NCBI GenBank assembly: GCA_964429295.1 | Contig: CAYSBL010000009.1 | Coordinates: 1,448-65,447, forward strand | Reading direction: 5' to 3' | Length of the DNA: 64,000 nt | Origin: an uncultured Rikenellaceae bacterium | GTDB lineage: Bacteria; Bacteroidota; Bacteroidia; Bacteroidales; VadinHA17 | Shown here: one piece after another, positions 1 to 10,099 of the stretch | Position numbering within the stretch: position 1 is the first letter of the stretch | Layout: the number at the start of each line of letters is the position of its first letter | Program-made: the position numbers and the translations under genes | Notes under the pieces: generated by a model | What the model saw: the letters and a program-made list of their open reading frames with translations, nothing else | Databases searched by the model: none | What the model was told of the DNA's origin: nothing

Positions 1-289
1 CTGCCACAGGTGTAGATCCTGTTGTATCAACGGTAATACCGGCAATATTATCTGCTATTTCCTGAGGCAGTCCTTTAATAGCTTCCCTCACTGTATACTC
101 CATGCCTTCTATATAGTCGAGAGGGTGCTGGCGAAAGCGGTTGAGAGCGGGATCACAGTAAAATCCTTTTTTCCACCTTGGATATTCAAAGACCGAGGTC
201 CCTGCCGTCTCACCGGTTGCCGTATTTACAACCACAGCCCTGACGGAGTCTGTTCCGTAATCGAGGCCGATAACATATTTGTCTGTCAT
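1..289 (-). CDS. araB: L-ribulokinase, N-terminal part (runs off the left edge; absent from ORF track)
   Basis: Manual translation from ATG at 289: MTDKYVIGLDYGTDSVRAVVV...RFRQHPLDYIEG...ITVDTTGSTPVA. Has the FGGY kinase GxDxGT motif and the ribulokinase QHP and DTTGSTP motifs; directly downstream of araD. Confidence 0.93.
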   Translation of the reverse strand, partial: MTDKYVIGLDYGTDSVRAVVVNTATGETAGTSVFEYPRWKKGFYCDPALNRFRQHPLDYIEGMEYTVREAIKGLPQEIADNIAGITVDTTGSTPVA

Positions 290-308
290 GATATGATTTT
301 AATAAGCT

Positions 309-1001
309 TTACTTTTTCCCCTGCCCGTAATAGGCGTTCTTCCCGTGTTTTCTGAGGAAGTGCTTGTCGAGCAGGTACTTTTCTATGGATCTATTTCCGC
401 CCAGCAATACCGTATAAAGAGCCATCTTTGCAATTTCCTCCAGGGCAGCTGCATTGTAAACCGCCTCTGTGGCATCAAGTCCCCAGCAGAACGGTCCATG
501 ACCGTGAACCAGGACCGAAGGAACAAAAAGCGGATCAAGTTTCCCCAGTCTTTCCACTATGACCCTGCCCGTATTAAGTTCGTAATCATTTTTTACCTCA
601 TCGTCCCTGAGCCCGCGTGTACAAGGAACCTCTCCATAATAGTGATCGGCATGGGTGGTTCCAAGGGGAGGAATATCCCTGCCTGCCTGTGCCCAGGATG
701 TTGCATACGATGAATGAGTATGGACGACGCCTCCGATAGAAGGATATTCCCTATACAAATAAAGGTGTGTCGCGGCATCAGTGGAAGGATTGAAATCACC
801 TTCAACCTTTTTGCCATCAGGATCCAGTACCACCATATCAGCTGCCTTCAGCGAAGAATAGCTTACTCCCGAAGGTTTGATAACTATCAGCCCGCTTCCG
901 GGATCCCTGCCACTGGCATTGCCCCAGGTGTGGATCACCAGGCCATGTCGTACCAGATCCATATTGGCCTGGTAGACTTCTTTCTTCAGTATATCGAGCA
1001 T
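309..1001 (-). CDS. araD: L-ribulose-5-phosphate 4-epimerase
   Basis: [31 protein letters not shown] motifs of class II aldolase/AraD; ends [10 protein letters not shown]; ara operon context. Confidence 0.96.
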   Translation of the reverse strand: MLDILKKEVYQANMDLVRHGLVIHTWGNASGRDPGSGLIVIKPSGVSYSSLKAADMVVLDPDGKKVEGDFNPSTDAATHLYLYREYPSIGGVVHTHSSYATSWAQAGRDIPPLGTTHADHYYGEVPCTRGLRDDEVKNDYELNTGRVIVERLGKLDPLFVPSVLVHGHGPFCWGLDATEAVYNAAALEEIAKMALYTVLLGGNRSIEKYLLDKHFLRKHGKNAYYGQGKK

Positions 1002-1045
1002 ATCCGGGTTATTTTATGACAAACATTTTTCCTGACTGAACTTAT

Positions 1046-1747
1046 TTAACTGACATCCAGACTGAAGTCAAAACCCTGAGTCACATAACTCTCATAACGT
1101 TCTCTCTGGAACCTGTAATAAAATGCTCCCTTTTTTGAAGTCTCCCTTTCCTTTTCGTCAAGTTTTTCAAGGATATCCATTGAAAGGATCTTTTTCCTGA
1201 AATTCCTTTTGTCGATATTCTTCTGGTATATCGCCTCATAAAGATCCTGAAGCTGAACCAGAGTGAACTTCTCGGGAAGCAATTCAAATCCGACAGGTTT
1301 GACCTTAATCTGGATCTGCAGTTCTTCAAGGGCTCTTGCCACCATTATTCCGTGATCGAAAATCAGATGTGGCAGCCTCTCCAGCGACTGCCAGTGAGCT
1401 CCGTTCACCTCGCTAAGCTCCCGGTCGATATCCGTTATCTTGATCAGGGCCCGGTAAGCTGTTGAAATAACTCTTGCACCCGGATCCCTCCCGATACCGC
1501 CATAGGTATACGACTGCTCAAGATATACATCCCTGAGGCCTGTCAGCTGGTAAAGAATACGGCTGGCTGCCTCATCGAGACTTTCTGACTCCTTCACAAA
1601 CCCGCCGGCAAGTGACCAAAAGCCCATGGCAGGTTCAAAACTCCTCTTTATCAGGAGCAGTTTGATCTCCTTATCTAGAATGTCGTAACCGAAAATAATG
1701 CAGTCAACCGCATTGAGATGCCTCCGGTATTCTGAATAAAGCTTCAT
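1046..1747 (-). CDS. araR: NrtR-family (Nudix + winged HTH) regulator, Bacteroides AraR type
   Basis: Degenerate Nudix box (LAGGFV...EAASRILYQLTG, lacks REUXEE), C-terminal wHTH (FTLVQLQDLYEAI...DKRNFRKK); embedded in the ara operon. Confidence 0.85.
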   Translation of the reverse strand: MKLYSEYRRHLNAVDCIIFGYDILDKEIKLLLIKRSFEPAMGFWSLAGGFVKESESLDEAASRILYQLTGLRDVYLEQSYTYGGIGRDPGARVISTAYRALIKITDIDRELSEVNGAHWQSLERLPHLIFDHGIMVARALEELQIQIKVKPVGFELLPEKFTLVQLQDLYEAIYQKNIDKRNFRKKILSMDILEKLDEKERETSKKGAFYYRFQRERYESYVTQGFDFSLDVS

Positions 1748-1794
1748 GCTCCCGATTCAGATTGAGGTACTTAATCCAAAATATCTGGCTCAGG

Positions 1795-3288
1795 TCAGAA
1801 GATACCGCCTGCAATGTGGTAATATACCTCATTCAGCCGGATCTCTTTCCTGAATTCAGCCAGATCACATTTTTCATCGATCAGCAGGAATTCAATTCCC
1901 ATCATTCCGGTCAGATCTTCAATATATTCGGCGTTTATTGCCGTGCTGAATCCCGTATGATGGGCGCCTCCGGCAATGATCCATGCACCTGCCCCGGTTT
2001 TCAGGTCGGGTTCCGGCTTCCAGAGTACGCTGGCAACAGGCAGGTTGGGCATATCGGGACAATCAACCACTTCAACCTTACTGACGATCATCCTGAATCT
2101 GTTTCCAAGATCGATAAGCGAAGCGCAGATGGCTTTACCAGTGGCAGACTTGAAAACAAGCCTTGCGGGATCGGCCTTACCTCCTATCGACAAAGGATGA
2201 ACCTCGAGATAAGGCTTATCGATAGCTATCGAAGGGCATACTTCGAGCATATGTGCTCCAAGGATCCTCATCCCGGCTGGATCAAGATGGTAAGTGTAAT
2301 CCTCCATGAAAGAGGTCCCTCCCGGTAATCCTGACGCCATAACTTTTATGGTCCTCACAAGGGCTGCAGTCTTCCAGTCGCCTTCAGCCCCGAAGCCGTA
2401 TCCTTTCTCCATAAGCCTCTGGACCGCCAGTCCGGGCAATTGCTTCAGCCCGTGAAGATCCTCAAAGGTGGTGGTGAATGCCTTGAATTTCCCGTCCTCA
2501 AGGAATTTTGACATCCCAGCCTCAATACGTGCGGCATCCCATAAAGTCTCCGATTCCTCAACTGCTTTTGTGACATGATAGGCGGCCTTGTATTCTTCGA
2601 TAAGTTCTCTCACGCGGCTTTCATCAACAGCATTGACGGCAGCGACCAGGTCGCCGATCCCGTAGCCATAAACCGAGTAGCCCATTTGTATCTGGGCGCT
2701 TACCTTGTTGCCTTCTGTAACTGCCACATCGCGCATATTATCGCCGAAACGCGCCACCTTCATATTCCTGGCATCATCAAAAGCAGCGGCAACCCTTGTC
2801 CAGACTGCTATCCGTTCAATAACTTCAGGATCCTCCCAGTGACCGACAACAACCTTCCGGTTAAGGCGCATCCTCGATCCTATGAACCCGAATTCCCTGT
2901 CTCCGTGAGCCGACTGGTTGAGATTCATGAAGTCCATGTCAATAGTATCCCAGGGGATGTCCCTGTTAAGCTGAGTGTGGAAATGAAGGAAGGGCTTGCT
3001 TAGCACCGAAAGTCCCCTTATCCACATTTTTGCAGGCGAAAAGGTATGCATCCATGTTATCAGCCCGATGCATCTGCTGTCGTGGCTGGCCTCGGAACAG
3101 AGCTCAAAAATGGATTCCGGGGTGGTAAGGACAGGCTTGAAAACTACCTTTACCGGAATGCCGGGCGAATTGTCGAGAGCCTCCGTAATTGCCCTTGAAT
3201 CAGCAGCTACCTGAAGCAGGGTATCAGGACCGTAAAGGTGCTGACTACCCGTTACGAACCAGATCTCTTTACTGTTAAAATCAAACAT
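1795..3288 (-). CDS. araA: L-arabinose isomerase
   Basis: [51 protein letters not shown] motifs. Confidence 0.97.
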   Translation of the reverse strand: MFDFNSKEIWFVTGSQHLYGPDTLLQVAADSRAITEALDNSPGIPVKVVFKPVLTTPESIFELCSEASHDSRCIGLITWMHTFSPAKMWIRGLSVLSKPFLHFHTQLNRDIPWDTIDMDFMNLNQSAHGDREFGFIGSRMRLNRKVVVGHWEDPEVIERIAVWTRVAAAFDDARNMKVARFGDNMRDVAVTEGNKVSAQIQMGYSVYGYGIGDLVAAVNAVDESRVRELIEEYKAAYHVTKAVEESETLWDAARIEAGMSKFLEDGKFKAFTTTFEDLHGLKQLPGLAVQRLMEKGYGFGAEGDWKTAALVRTIKVMASGLPGGTSFMEDYTYHLDPAGMRILGAHMLEVCPSIAIDKPYLEVHPLSIGGKADPARLVFKSATGKAICASLIDLGNRFRMIVSKVEVVDCPDMPNLPVASVLWKPEPDLKTGAGAWIIAGGAHHTGFSTAINAEYIEDLTGMMGIEFLLIDEKCDLAEFRKEIRLNEVYYHIAGGIF

Positions 3289-3323
3289 AATATTTCAATT
3301 ATTCATTAATACCTGTCTCCGGT

Positions 3324-4976
3324 TTACCAGAAGTAAACATAGAATGCAATAATGACAACAATGATAAGTCCTGAGAAGAAAAGATCCCAGTTGTTGTAGC
3401 TGGCTTTTATCAAAGCTTTCTGCTCAGCGCTTGCCGACCCGATATAAAGCCCCTTGATAGCAGCGGGATCTGCCTTTGGAGTGAAGTAGCTTATTACCAG
3501 CATAAGAGCTATCACGAAGAAGAACAGTATAACTTCATAGTTGTAATTGTTCATTCCGATGAATATTGAGTAAAAAAGGCCGTCGCCCGACATTTCCTTG
3601 CCGAAGATATTGAATCCCAGCCTGGTCATGCCAAGCACAAACCCTATCAGAAGGCCCCAGAGACCGGCTTTGGGAGTTATCTTTTTCGACAGTATCCCTA
3701 AAAGGAACACAGCTGCAATTCCCGGAGCAAGCATCGACTGGACATCCTGGAGATAAGCATAAAGGAATTTTCCCAGTCCCTTCATCACCGGAATCCAGAG
3801 AACACCGAGAATGACAACCACCACAGTAGCAATACGGCCTACTCTCACCAGTTCCTTTTCAGTGGCCTGAGGCCTGAACTTCTCATAGAAGTCGACGGTG
3901 AAGAGCGTAGCCGAAGAATTGAACAAAGAAGCAAGTGAACTCATCAGAGCTGCCAGGATACCGCCCACAACCAGTCCCTTGAATCCAAGCGGAAGCAGTT
4001 CCTTGACCAGAACGGCAAAAGCCGAATCAGAATCGGGAAGAAGGATCATACCCTTGGCATTCAGTGCATAGGCAATCATTCCGGGGATAAGGAATATGAA
4101 GACCGGAAGGAGCTTGAATCCTGCTCCGAGGATGGCTCCCCTTCTTGAATGAGTCATATTGCGCCCCGAAAGAACTCTTTGAACAATGAACTGGTCGGTG
4201 CACCAGTACCAGAAACCGATAATGGCCGACCCAAGTATTACACCTGTCCAGGGGAAATCCTTGTCCTGCGCCGATCGCATCAGCTCGGTCATCGAATCTC
4301 CATAGTCATTTACCGGTACGGCCCGGCATATCTCCATTACTTCCGACCATCCGCCAACCTTAATGAGCCCGATTATAAGTATAACTATAGATCCCACCAG
4401 AAGTATCGGGGTCTGAAGTATCGACGTGGCAAGAACAGCCCTCATGCCTCCCAGGGTTGTATAGATCCCTGTCAGAACAACCAGTCCGATGGCGCTGATC
4501 CAGAAAAAATCGATACCGAACATCGACTCGATGCCGAACACCTGCTTGAAGACAATGCCGCCGGCATAAACCGTTACCGCCACCTTTGTAAATACGTAGC
4601 TCACAAGCGAAATGATGGAGAGAACACTTCTTGCGCCCTTGTTGTACCTTTTTTCAAGAAATTCGGGCATCGTAAAAACCCCGCTCCTTGCATAAAAGGG
4701 AACAAAAAACCACGCCAGGATAAGTATGATCCACCCGTGCATTTCCCAGTGAGCCATGGCCATCCCGCTGGAGGCACCGGCTCCCGCCAGACCTACAAGA
4801 TGTTCAGATCCGATGTTGGAGGCAAAAATGGATGACCCGATAGCCAGCCATGTGGCATCACGCCCGGCCAGAAAGTAATCGGTGGATGTTTCCGTTTTCT
4901 TCTTTGTCACCCAAACGATAATACCGATCAGGCCCAGGCAGAAAAGGCCAAGAACGATCCAGTCTAACATTCCCAT
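3324..4976 (-). CDS. Sodium:solute symporter (SGLT-like), probable arabinose permease
   Basis: FASNIGSEH, WYWCTDQFIVQR, AALMSSL SSS motifs; multi-TM; first gene of the ara operon. Confidence 0.9.
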   Translation of the reverse strand: MGMLDWIVLGLFCLGLIGIIVWVTKKKTETSTDYFLAGRDATWLAIGSSIFASNIGSEHLVGLAGAGASSGMAMAHWEMHGWIILILAWFFVPFYARSGVFTMPEFLEKRYNKGARSVLSIISLVSYVFTKVAVTVYAGGIVFKQVFGIESMFGIDFFWISAIGLVVLTGIYTTLGGMRAVLATSILQTPILLVGSIVILIIGLIKVGGWSEVMEICRAVPVNDYGDSMTELMRSAQDKDFPWTGVILGSAIIGFWYWCTDQFIVQRVLSGRNMTHSRRGAILGAGFKLLPVFIFLIPGMIAYALNAKGMILLPDSDSAFAVLVKELLPLGFKGLVVGGILAALMSSLASLFNSSATLFTVDFYEKFRPQATEKELVRVGRIATVVVVILGVLWIPVMKGLGKFLYAYLQDVQSMLAPGIAAVFLLGILSKKITPKAGLWGLLIGFVLGMTRLGFNIFGKEMSGDGLFYSIFIGMNNYNYEVILFFFVIALMLVISYFTPKADPAAIKGLYIGSASAEQKALIKASYNNWDLFFSGLIIVVIIAFYVYFW

Positions 4977-5058
4977 AACTAGAGTTTTAAGTGATTAATA
5001 TCAAGGTAATAAGAACTTCAAATGACCAGGTTAATGAAAAGAAATGATTGCTTCTCTT

Positions 5059-5066
5059 CAAATTTA
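5059..5066 (-). promoter_or_regulatory. Putative -7 promoter box of the ara operon
   Basis: TAAATTTG on the minus strand matches the Bacteroidota TAnnTTTG consensus, about 80 bp upstream of the permease start. Confidence 0.6.
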
Positions 5067-5081
5067 AATAAAAAAAATTAT

Positions 5082-5102
5082 TAAATGTACCTTTTACACT
5101 TA
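5082..5102. promoter_or_regulatory. Putative AraR operator
   Basis: 21-bp imperfect palindrome TAAATGTA-CCTTT-TACACTTA containing the GT-N7-AC core of NrtR-family sites; lies over the -33 region of the ara promoter. Confidence 0.7.
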
Positions 5103-5151
5103 AAAAAAATCCCCGAATTTACACTGATATTGAAACAATGGAAAGGACTGT

Positions 5152-5238
5152 GTTGCTGGTTGCTGGTTGCTGGTTTTACCGAATACCGAATACCGAATAC
5201 CGAATACTTGGTTGCTGGTTGCTGGTTACTGGTTACTG
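5152..5238. repeat. Composite heptamer tandem array (GTTGCTG)3-(TACCGAA)4-(GTTRCTG)4
   Basis: Read directly: units at 5152-5172, 5177-5204 and 5211-5238. Confidence 0.95.
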
Positions 5239-5257
5239 GCGGCACGTTTATTCCACC

Positions 5258-5295
5258 GTCATTGCGAGTCCCGCTTCGGCGGGACGAAGCAATCT
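5258..5295. repeat. REP-like palindromic element (GTCATTGCGAG...GAAGCAATCT type) with internal hairpin
   Basis: GTCCCGC-TTCG-GCGGGAC 7-bp stem with a cUUCGg loop, inside GTCATTGCGAG / GAAGCAATC flanks; just past the stop of the minus-strand acyltransferase. Confidence 0.7.
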
Positions 5296-5318
5296 TTTGC
5301 CCTTACCGCAATCACGCT

Positions 5319-6110
5319 TCACGCCTTCCACTCCCTGAGGGATTCCTCAATGAAGTCAATTATCTTCTGATTCTCTGCCTTTCCGGCCCCGCTGACAGGG
5401 AAGGACTCCCCGAATCTGAAGTGGATATGTTTGCTGCTGTCGAGGGGCCCCAGTTCCTTTATGATCTTTCCCTGTCCCCAGAAATCCGTTTTCAATGCAA
5501 CGGGCACAACATTCACTCCTGCTTTTTTCGCCAGTTTCACTCCTAGTGAATTGAATTCCTCAGGATTGAAAACGACGCTGCGTGTACTCTGAGGAAAGAT
5601 AATGACAGATATACCCCTTGAAAGAAGGTCAAGCCCTTTGGTCATCACTATCTCAAAATCCTTTCTCGGATCAGTCCTTCCGACCATGATCGGATCGCGC
5701 GACCGCATGACATGACCGAAGAGAGGATGCTTTACAAGGCTCTCCTTCACCACAAAGGTAACCTCGCGGTGCGGAGCAATTATCCCCGGAAGTATCATTG
5801 TCTCAAGGGTGCTCATATGATTTCCGATAAAAACAACGGGACCCGGATCGCGGCCGATATTATCCATCCCTGTTATCCGGAATACACCTCCTGCCTTCTC
5901 TATGAACCTGAAGATGTAAAATGATGAATCGGCCCACGCCTTTGTGTCATATACTCCCTTTATGGCCTGCTTCCTTGTCCGGAATACAATAACAGCATAT
6001 TTAAGCGTGAAATAAAGACGGTTGCAATGAATTATCCTGTCGACCAGAGTCTTTTTCCCCTTTTCCGGGGTGCTATATGAAGCTGAATCAAAATAACCGA
6101 ATTTCTTCAT
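5319..6110 (-). CDS. Lysophospholipid acyltransferase (PlsC-like)
   Basis: GNHMSTLE (HX4D/E) motif, FVVKESL, IIFPQSTR. Confidence 0.88.
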   Translation of the reverse strand: MKKFGYFDSASYSTPEKGKKTLVDRIIHCNRLYFTLKYAVIVFRTRKQAIKGVYDTKAWADSSFYIFRFIEKAGGVFRITGMDNIGRDPGPVVFIGNHMSTLETMILPGIIAPHREVTFVVKESLVKHPLFGHVMRSRDPIMVGRTDPRKDFEIVMTKGLDLLSRGISVIIFPQSTRSVVFNPEEFNSLGVKLAKKAGVNVVPVALKTDFWGQGKIIKELGPLDSSKHIHFRFGESFPVSGAGKAENQKIIDFIEESLREWKA

Positions 6111-6270
6111 CCCTGACTATTCCAATTTTCTCCGGGAAGGTTGAGGAAAGGAACCGTTTTTTCTATTACCGGATATTTCAGCACCTCTAAGCCGGAATTG
6201 TTCAATACAAATCTATAAAAAATAGTAAATTTAAGCGCCCGTCTGGGACCATACTTTCCATACCTGTTAA

Positions 6271-7758
6271 ATGAAACTGACGTTAATTGACGCTTTGATA
6301 TTTTTTTCCCTCGTGGCAGGGAACGTAATCTTTGGCGCTTCCTTTTTTTTCAGAAACAAGACATCCGACCAGTTTACCACCGGAGCGGGGAAAATACCCT
6401 CCTGGGCTGTGGGAATGTCAATTTTTGCAACCTTTGTAAGCAGCATCAGCTTTCTGGCCCTGCCCGGAAAGGCCTATTCATCAGACTGGAATGCATATGT
6501 GTTCAGTCTTACTATACCTTTTGCCGCCTATGCAGCCGTGAAATTCTTCGTACCACTATACAGAAGTGTCGGAAGCGTTTCCGCATACTATTACCTGGAA
6601 CTCCGCTACGGCGCGTGGGCAAGGGTTTACGCTTCGGCCTGCTACATACTGACCCAGCTGATGAGGACGGGAGCCATCCTTCTTCTGCTTGCACTGCCCG
6701 TCAATGCCCTGTTCGGCTGGGAGATCAAGAGCGTAATCATCATTACAGGAATAGCGGTCATCATCTACTCGATGCTTGGCGGGATCAAGGCAGTGATCTG
6801 GACCGACACCATCCAGGGAATTATTCTTATTCTCGGAGCTCTTGCATGCGCTCTGTTCCTTATTATCAAAATGCCGGGGGGAGCCGGCCGGCTTTTTGAG
6901 ATAGCTGCCGAACACCAAAAGTTCAGCCTGGGAAGCTTCGGATCAAGTCTAAGGGATTCAACATTCTGGGTTGTGCTTGTCTATGGACTTTTCATAAACC
7001 TTCAGAATTACGGCATCGACCAGAACTACATCCAGCGATATATGAGCGCCGGTTCAGTAAAGGAAGCCAGATCCTCAGCCCTTTTCGGATCGCTGCTGTA
7101 TATCCCCGTCTCACTTCTTTTTTTCTTTATCGGTACTGCACTTTTTTCCTACTATACCGCGCAACCCGGACTTCTGCCAGCAGAACTGAATGTTCCTGGG
7201 GCAGGTGACAAGGTATTTCCCCATTTTATTGTAGCAGGTCTTCCTCCCGGCCTTACCGGATTGCTGATAGCCGCGATCTTCTCAGCCGGAATGAGCACAG
7301 TATCTACAAGTCTCAACAGCACCGCCACAATTGTCCTCACCGATTACTACAGGAAGTATTTCAACAGGCAGGCGGGTGAAAAAGCTTCAATGAATGTTCT
7401 GAGAATTACATCCTTGGTTACCGGCCTGCTTGGCATTATTATAGCAGTCATTCTGATGGATGTCGAAAGCGTTCTGGATGCGTGGTGGGCACTTGCTTCT
7501 GTTTTCAGCGGAGGAATGCTGGGGCTCTTCCTACTGGGATTTATTGTAAAGAGGTCGGGGAAAACTGAAGCAATAACCGGAGTGATCCTTGGCGTGATCC
7601 TTATTATATGGATGAGCCTCTCCCCCTTAGTAAGAATTGAAGGTGAAATGCCATCATTCAGAAGTCCTTTCCATTCCAACCTTACTATTGTGTTCGGGAC
7701 CATGATGATCTTCCTTACCGGATTTTTGTTAACCAGCCTTACAAAAAAGAAAAAATGA
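6271..7758 (+). CDS. Sodium:solute symporter (SiaT/sugar-acid-like)
   Basis: SIFATFVSSISFLALPG, GGIKAVIWTD, DQNYIQRY, AGMSTVSTSLNS motifs; multi-TM. Confidence 0.9.
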   Translation: MKLTLIDALIFFSLVAGNVIFGASFFFRNKTSDQFTTGAGKIPSWAVGMSIFATFVSSISFLALPGKAYSSDWNAYVFSLTIPFAAYAAVKFFVPLYRSVGSVSAYYYLELRYGAWARVYASACYILTQLMRTGAILLLLALPVNALFGWEIKSVIIITGIAVIIYSMLGGIKAVIWTDTIQGIILILGALACALFLIIKMPGGAGRLFEIAAEHQKFSLGSFGSSLRDSTFWVVLVYGLFINLQNYGIDQNYIQRYMSAGSVKEARSSALFGSLLYIPVSLLFFFIGTALFSYYTAQPGLLPAELNVPGAGDKVFPHFIVAGLPPGLTGLLIAAIFSAGMSTVSTSLNSTATIVLTDYYRKYFNRQAGEKASMNVLRITSLVTGLLGIIIAVILMDVESVLDAWWALASVFSGGMLGLFLLGFIVKRSGKTEAITGVILGVILIIWMSLSPLVRIEGEMPSFRSPFHSNLTIVFGTMMIFLTGFLLTSLTKKKK

Positions 7759-8834
7759 AAAAAATAGCCATAATTGCCTGTTTATTAATTATCAGTAACA
7801 TTATTGCCGCTCAGGAAACATACAGCGGCAACCGTTGCATCATTCTGAGTGAATTCATATATCAGCCAGAGGAAGTTGAGTTCCCCGGCTGCCATGCCTC
7901 GACTATTGAAGAAATAAAGGGAGGCTTCATCGCAGCATGGTTTGGAGGAACCGATGAAGGAAATCCGGATGTGGGTATCTGGACCAGCAGATTCACGAAC
8001 GGGAAGTGGTCGAAACCGGAAGAGCCTGCCAACGGATTAAGGGAGGGTAAAAGGTACCCCTGCTGGAATCCGGTGTTGTTCAATTCAGGTGATGAGCTGC
8101 TTCTTTTTTTCAAGGTAGGACCAAGTCCGTCAGAATGGTGGGGCGAACTGATTGTATCTGATGATAATGGCATTTCATGGTCGGCGCCGAGGAAACTCCC
8201 TGACGGCATCCTGGGACCGGTAAAAAACAAGCCCGTACTTCTCGACAACGTTATCCTCCTTTGCCCCTCGAGCTCCGAACATGACGGATGGAGAGTCCAT
8301 ATGGAAATGACTTCGGATTTCGGGATGACATGGACAATGACCGGACCGCTTAATGACAAAACCATCTCTGCTATCCAGCCATCGGTGCTGCTTCACCCCG
8401 GCGGAAAACTTCAGATCGTTTGCCGCAGCAAACAATCCGCCATACTGTCATCATGGTCGGAGGATAAGGGCAGGACATGGAGCCGGCTAATCCCGCTCAG
8501 CCTTCCAAATCCAAACTCAGGGATAGATGCAGTGACATTACGCGACGGAAGGCACTTCATGGTTTACAACCACCTTAAATCAGGACGCCACATGCTCAAT
8601 GCAGCCATTTCAGACGATGGCATCAAGTGGAAACCTGCAGCCCTCCTCGAGAATGAACCGAAGGGAACCGAGTTCTCCTATCCGGCCGTGATTCAGTCCG
8701 GCGACGGAATGATCCATATCACATATACATGGAACAGAAAACTTATCAGGCATGTTGTTATTAACCCCGGACTGATTAAGGCAGGCGAATTTACAGACGA
8801 CGGGAACTGGCCGGATGTAAATGAAGTCCGGTGA
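7755..8834 (+). CDS. Secreted BNR/Asp-box beta-propeller (sialidase-like)
   Basis: Signal peptide; Asp-boxes SDDNGISW, TSDFGMTW, SEDKGRTW, SDDGIKW; SYP motif near the C-terminus; 4-bp overlap with the symporter. Confidence 0.8.
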   Translation: MKKIAIIACLLIISNIIAAQETYSGNRCIILSEFIYQPEEVEFPGCHASTIEEIKGGFIAAWFGGTDEGNPDVGIWTSRFTNGKWSKPEEPANGLREGKRYPCWNPVLFNSGDELLLFFKVGPSPSEWWGELIVSDDNGISWSAPRKLPDGILGPVKNKPVLLDNVILLCPSSSEHDGWRVHMEMTSDFGMTWTMTGPLNDKTISAIQPSVLLHPGGKLQIVCRSKQSAILSSWSEDKGRTWSRLIPLSLPNPNSGIDAVTLRDGRHFMVYNHLKSGRHMLNAAISDDGIKWKPAALLENEPKGTEFSYPAVIQSGDGMIHITYTWNRKLIRHVVINPGLIKAGEFTDDGNWPDVNEVR

Positions 8835-10091
8835 TCAGCTGCCCAGGGCCGGAAGGATGAGCAAAGCTGCCGACATGATGACCAGTATTCCAACGGCTCC
8901 CCATCCAATTACGTTCTGGAATTTTTTGTTAGTGTAATTACCCATGATCTTTTTATTGTTTATCAGCAGGATCATGCTTACAAGAACAACCGGAAGGAGG
9001 ATTCCGTTAAGTACCTGCGACCATATCGAAATGCCGATGAGAGGAGCATCCGGTATAAGTATTATTGCTGCAGAGATCACAAGGATCCCGGTATACAGAA
9101 TATAAAACTCCCTGGCCTCATCCAGCTTCTTGTCGATTCCCGCTTCAAATCCAAAGGCTTCACATACGTAGAAAGCTGTTGCCAGAGGAAGAATTGTGGC
9201 TGAAAAAACCGAGGCTACAAACAACCCGAAAGCAAACACATGCGAGGCCAGCCTGCCTGCCAGAGGCTCCAGGGAAAGGGCAGCATCCTTGGCTTCGGAT
9301 ATCACGATTCCGTTTGGGAAAAGCGTCGAACCGCACGCAACCATTATGAAAAAGGCAACCACAACAGTGATGATGCAGCCAACAATGATATCAACTACCG
9401 TGTATTTGTAATCGTTTATCTTGATCCCCTTCTCGATAACAGTCGCCTGCATGTAGAACTGCATCCAGGGTGCAATAGTTGTTCCTACAAGAGCAATGAT
9501 CATGGTAAGGCTTTGTGTATTGAGACTGATCCCGGGCCTTACCACGGCAGAGCCTATCTCTCCCCAGTCGGGTTTGGCCATCAGAGCCGATACCACATAG
9601 GTCAAAAGAGATGCGCTGAAGATCAAAAATATACGCTCGGCAATCTGATATGTGCCCTTTACCACCAATATCCATACAAGGACGGCTGCAACAGGAACTG
9701 AAATATACTTGCTGACGCCAAAGATCTCCATGCTTCCGGCCACACCGGCAAATTCGGTCGTAGTGTTGCCAATATTCGAAATCAGAAGTCCGATGAATAT
9801 GAAGAAAGTGACCTTCACCCCGGCATTTTCCCTTATCAGGTCAGACAAACCCTTACCTGTCACAATGCCCATTCTCGCATTCATCTCCTGTATTACAAGA
9901 AGCACAATCAGCGATGGGATGAGAGTCCATATCATCCCGTAGCCGTACATGGCTCCTGCAACGGAATAGGTTGTGATCCCGCCGGCATCATTGTCGACGC
10001 TGCCGGTTATTATCCCCGGACCCAACAATGCGAAAAAGATTGCCAGGTTCCTTATAAAACCGCTCTTTCCGAATTTTGTCCTCAGCATCAT
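8835..10091 (-). CDS. Nramp-family transporter, Mg2+-type (NRMT)
   Basis: TM1 motif DNDAGG instead of DPGN and TM6 GTTIAPW lacking the Nramp Met; adjacent to an MgtE-like module. Confidence 0.85.
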   Translation of the reverse strand: MMLRTKFGKSGFIRNLAIFFALLGPGIITGSVDNDAGGITTYSVAGAMYGYGMIWTLIPSLIVLLVIQEMNARMGIVTGKGLSDLIRENAGVKVTFFIFIGLLISNIGNTTTEFAGVAGSMEIFGVSKYISVPVAAVLVWILVVKGTYQIAERIFLIFSASLLTYVVSALMAKPDWGEIGSAVVRPGISLNTQSLTMIIALVGTTIAPWMQFYMQATVIEKGIKINDYKYTVVDIIVGCIITVVVAFFIMVACGSTLFPNGIVISEAKDAALSLEPLAGRLASHVFAFGLFVASVFSATILPLATAFYVCEAFGFEAGIDKKLDEAREFYILYTGILVISAAIILIPDAPLIGISIWSQVLNGILLPVVLVSMILLINNKKIMGNYTNKKFQNVIGWGAVGILVIMSAALLILPALGS

Positions 10092-10099
10092 TGGTACTC

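Noticed and set aside
5085-5546. ORFs spanning the heptamer arrays (5085-5546, 5138-5338, 5167-5370)
   Set aside because: The repetitive peptides (LLVAGCW, TEYRIPN) are just the three frames of 7-nt repeats, and they overlap the acyltransferase end.
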